Positions 60,768 to 64,000 of a stretch of 64,000 nt of DNA are shown here, piece after piece. The notes under the pieces are model-generated. The model was not told where the DNA came from, ran no database searches, and saw only the letters and a program-made list of their open reading frames with translations. Position 1 is the first letter of the stretch. Each line of letters begins with the position of its first letter. The DNA lies in assembly GCA_964001175.1 (NCBI GenBank), contig CAXFAS010000003.1:46335-110334 (forward strand), in the 5' to 3' direction. The translations under genes were made by a program, and so were the position numbers. The stretch comes from an uncultured euryarchaeote (lineage in GTDB: Archaea > Thermoplasmatota > Poseidoniia > Poseidoniales > Poseidoniaceae).

Positions 60768-63338
60768 TCACATATAACTTCCAAGATATATGTACACTTG
60801 ACCATCTTGATGATCTAACCTCATGGTCGAAAAAGTACTATTTGAGGGGCTAAATTCAAAATTATTTATTCCAGGATTAAGATTTGGAGTTGAATCAATA
60901 ATTGACCATTCTTGAGTATCATTTCCTAATGTTATTTGCACAATATTTACTGGAATCGAATTATTTGATGGATTATAAATCTCAAAATCTGACATCTCAG
61001 GATGTAATAGAGTTCCATTCATTGCTGCAGCCCATACGCTAGTCCAAATACGATGAGATGCTCCTTCTCTAGAAATAATTAGTTCTGGACCTCTTTCAAC
61101 AGAAATATTGTACTCAGGAATAGGATAAAGGGATTCTGAACAAATAGTCAAGCTACCCTTATCTGGAACTTTTAGAACTAAAGAAGTGTTTTCTTTTAGT
61201 GTTGGAATTTGTGCAATACCTCGATATTCCATATCCCAAATCCATGATTCATTAATTGAACTAGGTTTTGCAGGAGTACTGACCTTCGGCTCAAGTTCAC
61301 AATATTGAGTATCAAGTGATAAGATATTACCCGGACTGATAACAAGTCCCCAGCCTGTTAGATTACTACTATCAACATTCCATCCCTCAGAAGGTATTAT
61401 TGCTCTATTTGGCAATAATGGTTGCATTGGTAAGAAGGTATTGTTATCAATCATTACAATGTTTAGAACATTTGACCTCATTAAAACAATGAGATCTTGT
61501 CCTTTGATACATAATTGATCGGATTCTGGAGAAATTGACGCATTTAATCCTTGAAAACCTTCAATCCAGTACATTCTTGTTTGGAAATCTATAGATTGCG
61601 AAGATAACGGGAAAGAGACATTTATATTTTCTTGGGAGTCGATATTTATCTCTAAACAACGCTTAACCTCTCCGTTGGATTCGATTAACTGCCAATCAGA
61701 ACTTGGGTATGCCACCAAGTCGGGATGAACTCTAATCGTATCCCATGAGGGTTCATTATCTACGTATGTGATAAGATAAATTTCCTCTGAAATTGGAGAA
61801 AAGATCTCACTATTCCAAGTCATATTCAGTATTACAGAAGTCTTCATACCTGGTAAAATTTCATCACCACAACCTAAACCATCTATTGAAGGTGAATCAT
61901 CATCGCTACAGTCCCAATTTATATCCCAATTATCAGAAACAATCTCATTAACTCTAGCCAAATCTAATGACCAGTATTGTTTAATCGAAGAAGGATTAAT
62001 TATCTCAATTTCCAACTCTCCTGCCCAAGTTCCATTGAATTCAAAAACTGAAAATTGATTTTCAAAGTCGTATTCTATAGAATCATCCCAATCATCATCC
62101 ATAGCGAAAGGTGTTTGACTTGGAAGTGATATCATGAATACTAAAAAGAGCACTAAGCCCATTTTCGATACTGAATTGGGTTCTATACCTTTAGGTTCGT
62201 CAAGAACTATTGGTATTCTTTTATCAGAACCCATGAACAGCAATAGTGGGATAATTACACCAAGAATAGGCAACCAAATTGTAAATCCATCGAATGCTTC
62301 AAACATCCATGCAAAGACTAAGATTATCATGAATAGGAAAAACTGGTTTGATGGATTTCTAGCATCATTAAGGCCTACTCTGGCGACTAAAACCCTACCG
62401 CCTGGGAAAGTAGGAATCGGTAGTAATGAAATCCATCCATAGAAGCAGAGTAATGTTCCGGCTTTAGTAAATGGATGAGCCCAAAGTAATCTGACAGAAA
62501 TATCATCATAGGTAATAACGCTAATTAGATTTACCAACAAAGGAGCATCAGAAACATACTGCTTTGAAGTTATTTCAACAAACTCTGGGGTCAAAAATAA
62601 ACCTACTAGCCAAAGAAAAGTACCGAAAGATACGAAGATAATAGGCACAGATAAGGCAACCCAGCCCAAAGATTCTCTATTTTTCCACGGCCTTGCATCC
62701 ATTCTAGGTAGTGAAGGGATGAGTAATAGTCCAAATGGCCAGATCAAATATGATTTTGACAAGAAACCTAGGCTGAAAAGAGCGATTGTTGGTTCTGGAA
62801 GTGGAAGCAGATGTCCAACTCTAACTCCTTTTCTTTCCGCCCACTTCTTTTGAACAAATGTCGCAATCAGCATTACTGACATTACTGGTAAAACATATCC
62901 AATAAGAGCATCCAAAAATAAAGAATTTTGAAACCAACCACCCTCGGGTATAGAACCATCAATCCAGTACATTCCTGCCAAAGAAAGTGATACTGCAGTC
63001 AAAGACCACATCGCAATTAGACTCTTTTTTGATGGAAATTGTCTTTCAGGAAGAGGTAGTACCTGTAGAATCCATGGTTCACCAAACTCTAGTTTAATCA
63101 TCCAACCAAGTTTTTTCAGATAATTATTTGCGGATTCAACAGAATCATGTATATCTTTTTCATCTTTTGAATCTGCTTTCCAAATAGGCCACCGACTTCC
63201 ACCAATCTCTCCATACAAATGGAAATATCTTTTCAAAACAGATTCTAGTAATTGCTTTTGATCCCAAGGCTTTTTTTGAGCAATCAAAGGCTCAATTTGC
63301 TCTGAGTCGATAGTTTTTGAACCATTAGCCTCAGACAT
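60768..63338 (-). CDS. Large multi-pass membrane protein with a 450-aa extracytoplasmic C-terminal domain
   Basis: A cytosolic N-terminus of about 100 aa, then eight to ten TM helices, then a large Asn/Trp-rich C-terminal domain. Overall M50/S2P-like or oligosaccharyltransferase-like layout, but neither HExxH nor WWDYG is present. Confidence 0.4.
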   Translation of the reverse strand: MSEANGSKTIDSEQIEPLIAQKKPWDQKQLLESVLKRYFHLYGEIGGSRWPIWKADSKDEKDIHDSVESANNYLKKLGWMIKLEFGEPWILQVLPLPERQFPSKKSLIAMWSLTAVSLSLAGMYWIDGSIPEGGWFQNSLFLDALIGYVLPVMSVMLIATFVQKKWAERKGVRVGHLLPLPEPTIALFSLGFLSKSYLIWPFGLLLIPSLPRMDARPWKNRESLGWVALSVPIIFVSFGTFLWLVGLFLTPEFVEITSKQYVSDAPLLVNLISVITYDDISVRLLWAHPFTKAGTLLCFYGWISLLPIPTFPGGRVLVARVGLNDARNPSNQFFLFMIILVFAWMFEAFDGFTIWLPILGVIIPLLLFMGSDKRIPIVLDEPKGIEPNSVSKMGLVLFLVFMISLPSQTPFAMDDDWDDSIEYDFENQFSVFEFNGTWAGELEIEIINPSSIKQYWSLDLARVNEIVSDNWDINWDCSDDDSPSIDGLGCGDEILPGMKTSVILNMTWNSEIFSPISEEIYLITYVDNEPSWDTIRVHPDLVAYPSSDWQLIESNGEVKRCLEINIDSQENINVSFPLSSQSIDFQTRMYWIEGFQGLNASISPESDQLCIKGQDLIVLMRSNVLNIVMIDNNTFLPMQPLLPNRAIIPSEGWNVDSSNLTGWGLVISPGNILSLDTQYCELEPKVSTPAKPSSINESWIWDMEYRGIAQIPTLKENTSLVLKVPDKGSLTICSESLYPIPEYNISVERGPELIISREGASHRIWTSVWAAAMNGTLLHPEMSDFEIYNPSNNSIPVNIVQITLGNDTQEWSIIDSTPNLNPGINNFEFSPSNSTFSTMRLDHQDGQVYIYLGSYM

Positions 63339-63411
63339 TTGACTTCCTCGATGTTAACCTGTCGGGATTTTCCTACTTTAACCATCGGAGAATAAGGATT
63401 GAAAAAATCAA

Positions 63412-64000
63412 TCACTTATTCTTGAAACGCTTGAGACGGAATGTTTCCTCTCTTTCCATTTCTTCTAGTCTAAGTTGAATAAATACCTTAGCTTCTTCTA
63501 GTTCTGGGATTACTTTGAACTCCAAAGCATTTACACGTCGCTTAGTCGCTTCAATTTCTTCTAATAATCGCTTAAGTGTAGCTTCCATTTCAGAAGCAAT
63601 AACAATCTTTTCAATCAAGTTGCTAAATGAATCTCCTGCCTCATCAATATACGGAGAAGAACCAATGTATCCAACTCCTCTCTCCTTGAATGTTGATTTC
63701 AAGTTAGAACCGCTGACACTAGGAACAACTACTCCCATTATGTTTCTTCTCTCAACTTCGACTTCAGGATGGGCACTGTTAGCAATTGCAGTTGCCCTAA
63801 CAGCAAGACCACCTTCTATTGCATTAGCCAAATCAATTCTCTGTTTAGCTAATCTGTAGGAATCTGTAAGATCACGCTTTGCTTCAATCATTTTTGATAA
63901 AAGTTGACGGAACTCATGGAATAGACCATCTCGCTTCATCTTCAGTAATTTGTAGCCATTTTTAGTTTGTTTAATCCTTGCTTTGAGCTTGATTAGTTCA
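63412..64000 (-). CDS. atpD: A/V-type ATP synthase subunit D, 5' end beyond the window
   Basis: The reading frame stays open to the window edge. The upstream translation ...LIKLKARIKQTKNGYKLLKMKRDGL... matches the AtpD N-terminus, and the C-terminus has the long coiled coil. Confidence 0.7.
   Translation of the reverse strand, partial: ELIKLKARIKQTKNGYKLLKMKRDGLFHEFRQLLSKMIEAKRDLTDSYRLAKQRIDLANAIEGGLAVRATAIANSAHPEVEVERRNIMGVVVPSVSGSNLKSTFKERGVGYIGSSPYIDEAGDSFSNLIEKIVIASEMEATLKRLLEEIEATKRRVNALEFKVIPELEEAKVFIQLRLEEMEREETFRLKRFKNK

Overview
The window reads as a compact, AT-rich archaeal chromosomal segment with about 52 protein genes, nearly all tightly packed or overlapping. By inference it comes from a euryarchaeote or Thermoplasmatota-like lineage, possibly a marine group II / Poseidoniales-like organism. 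The diagnostic genes are archaeal information-processing ones: replication factor A with its C4 zinc ribbon, Orc1/Cdc6, ribosomal protein S6e, aIF2-gamma, diphthamide synthase Dph2, a Hel308 helicase, the KEOPS subunit Cgi121, SMC-ScpA-ScpB, A-type ATPase subunit D and a class I HMG-CoA reductase. They sit alongside bacterial-type DNA gyrase (gyrB-gyrA) and a cluster of membrane-anchored secreted peptidases. I found no rRNA, tRNA or CRISPR array. Gene boundaries follow the supplied ORF track, with a few start codons moved where overlaps suggested a downstream start; several ORFs use TTG starts. All functional calls rest on motifs I recognised by eye and were not confirmed by database search. 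The candidates I would look at first are: (1) an operon of a divergent Orc1/Arch_ATPase-like protein (Walker A GSGRT, Orc1-like C-terminal winged helix), a beta-propeller protein and a DUF357 protein, next to an intergenic region carrying arrayed TTAACG/CGTTAA half-sites, a palindrome and a hairpin; (2) a thymidylate-kinase-fold protein with a degenerate P-loop (GSGKG) and a 240-aa C-terminal extension, translationally coupled to a membrane protein; (3) an RPA subunit operon running straight into Tad/FlaI-like secretion-system genes; (4) a bacterial-type class II CCA/poly(A)-polymerase-family nucleotidyltransferase; (5) an acidic protein with two canonical EF-hands.
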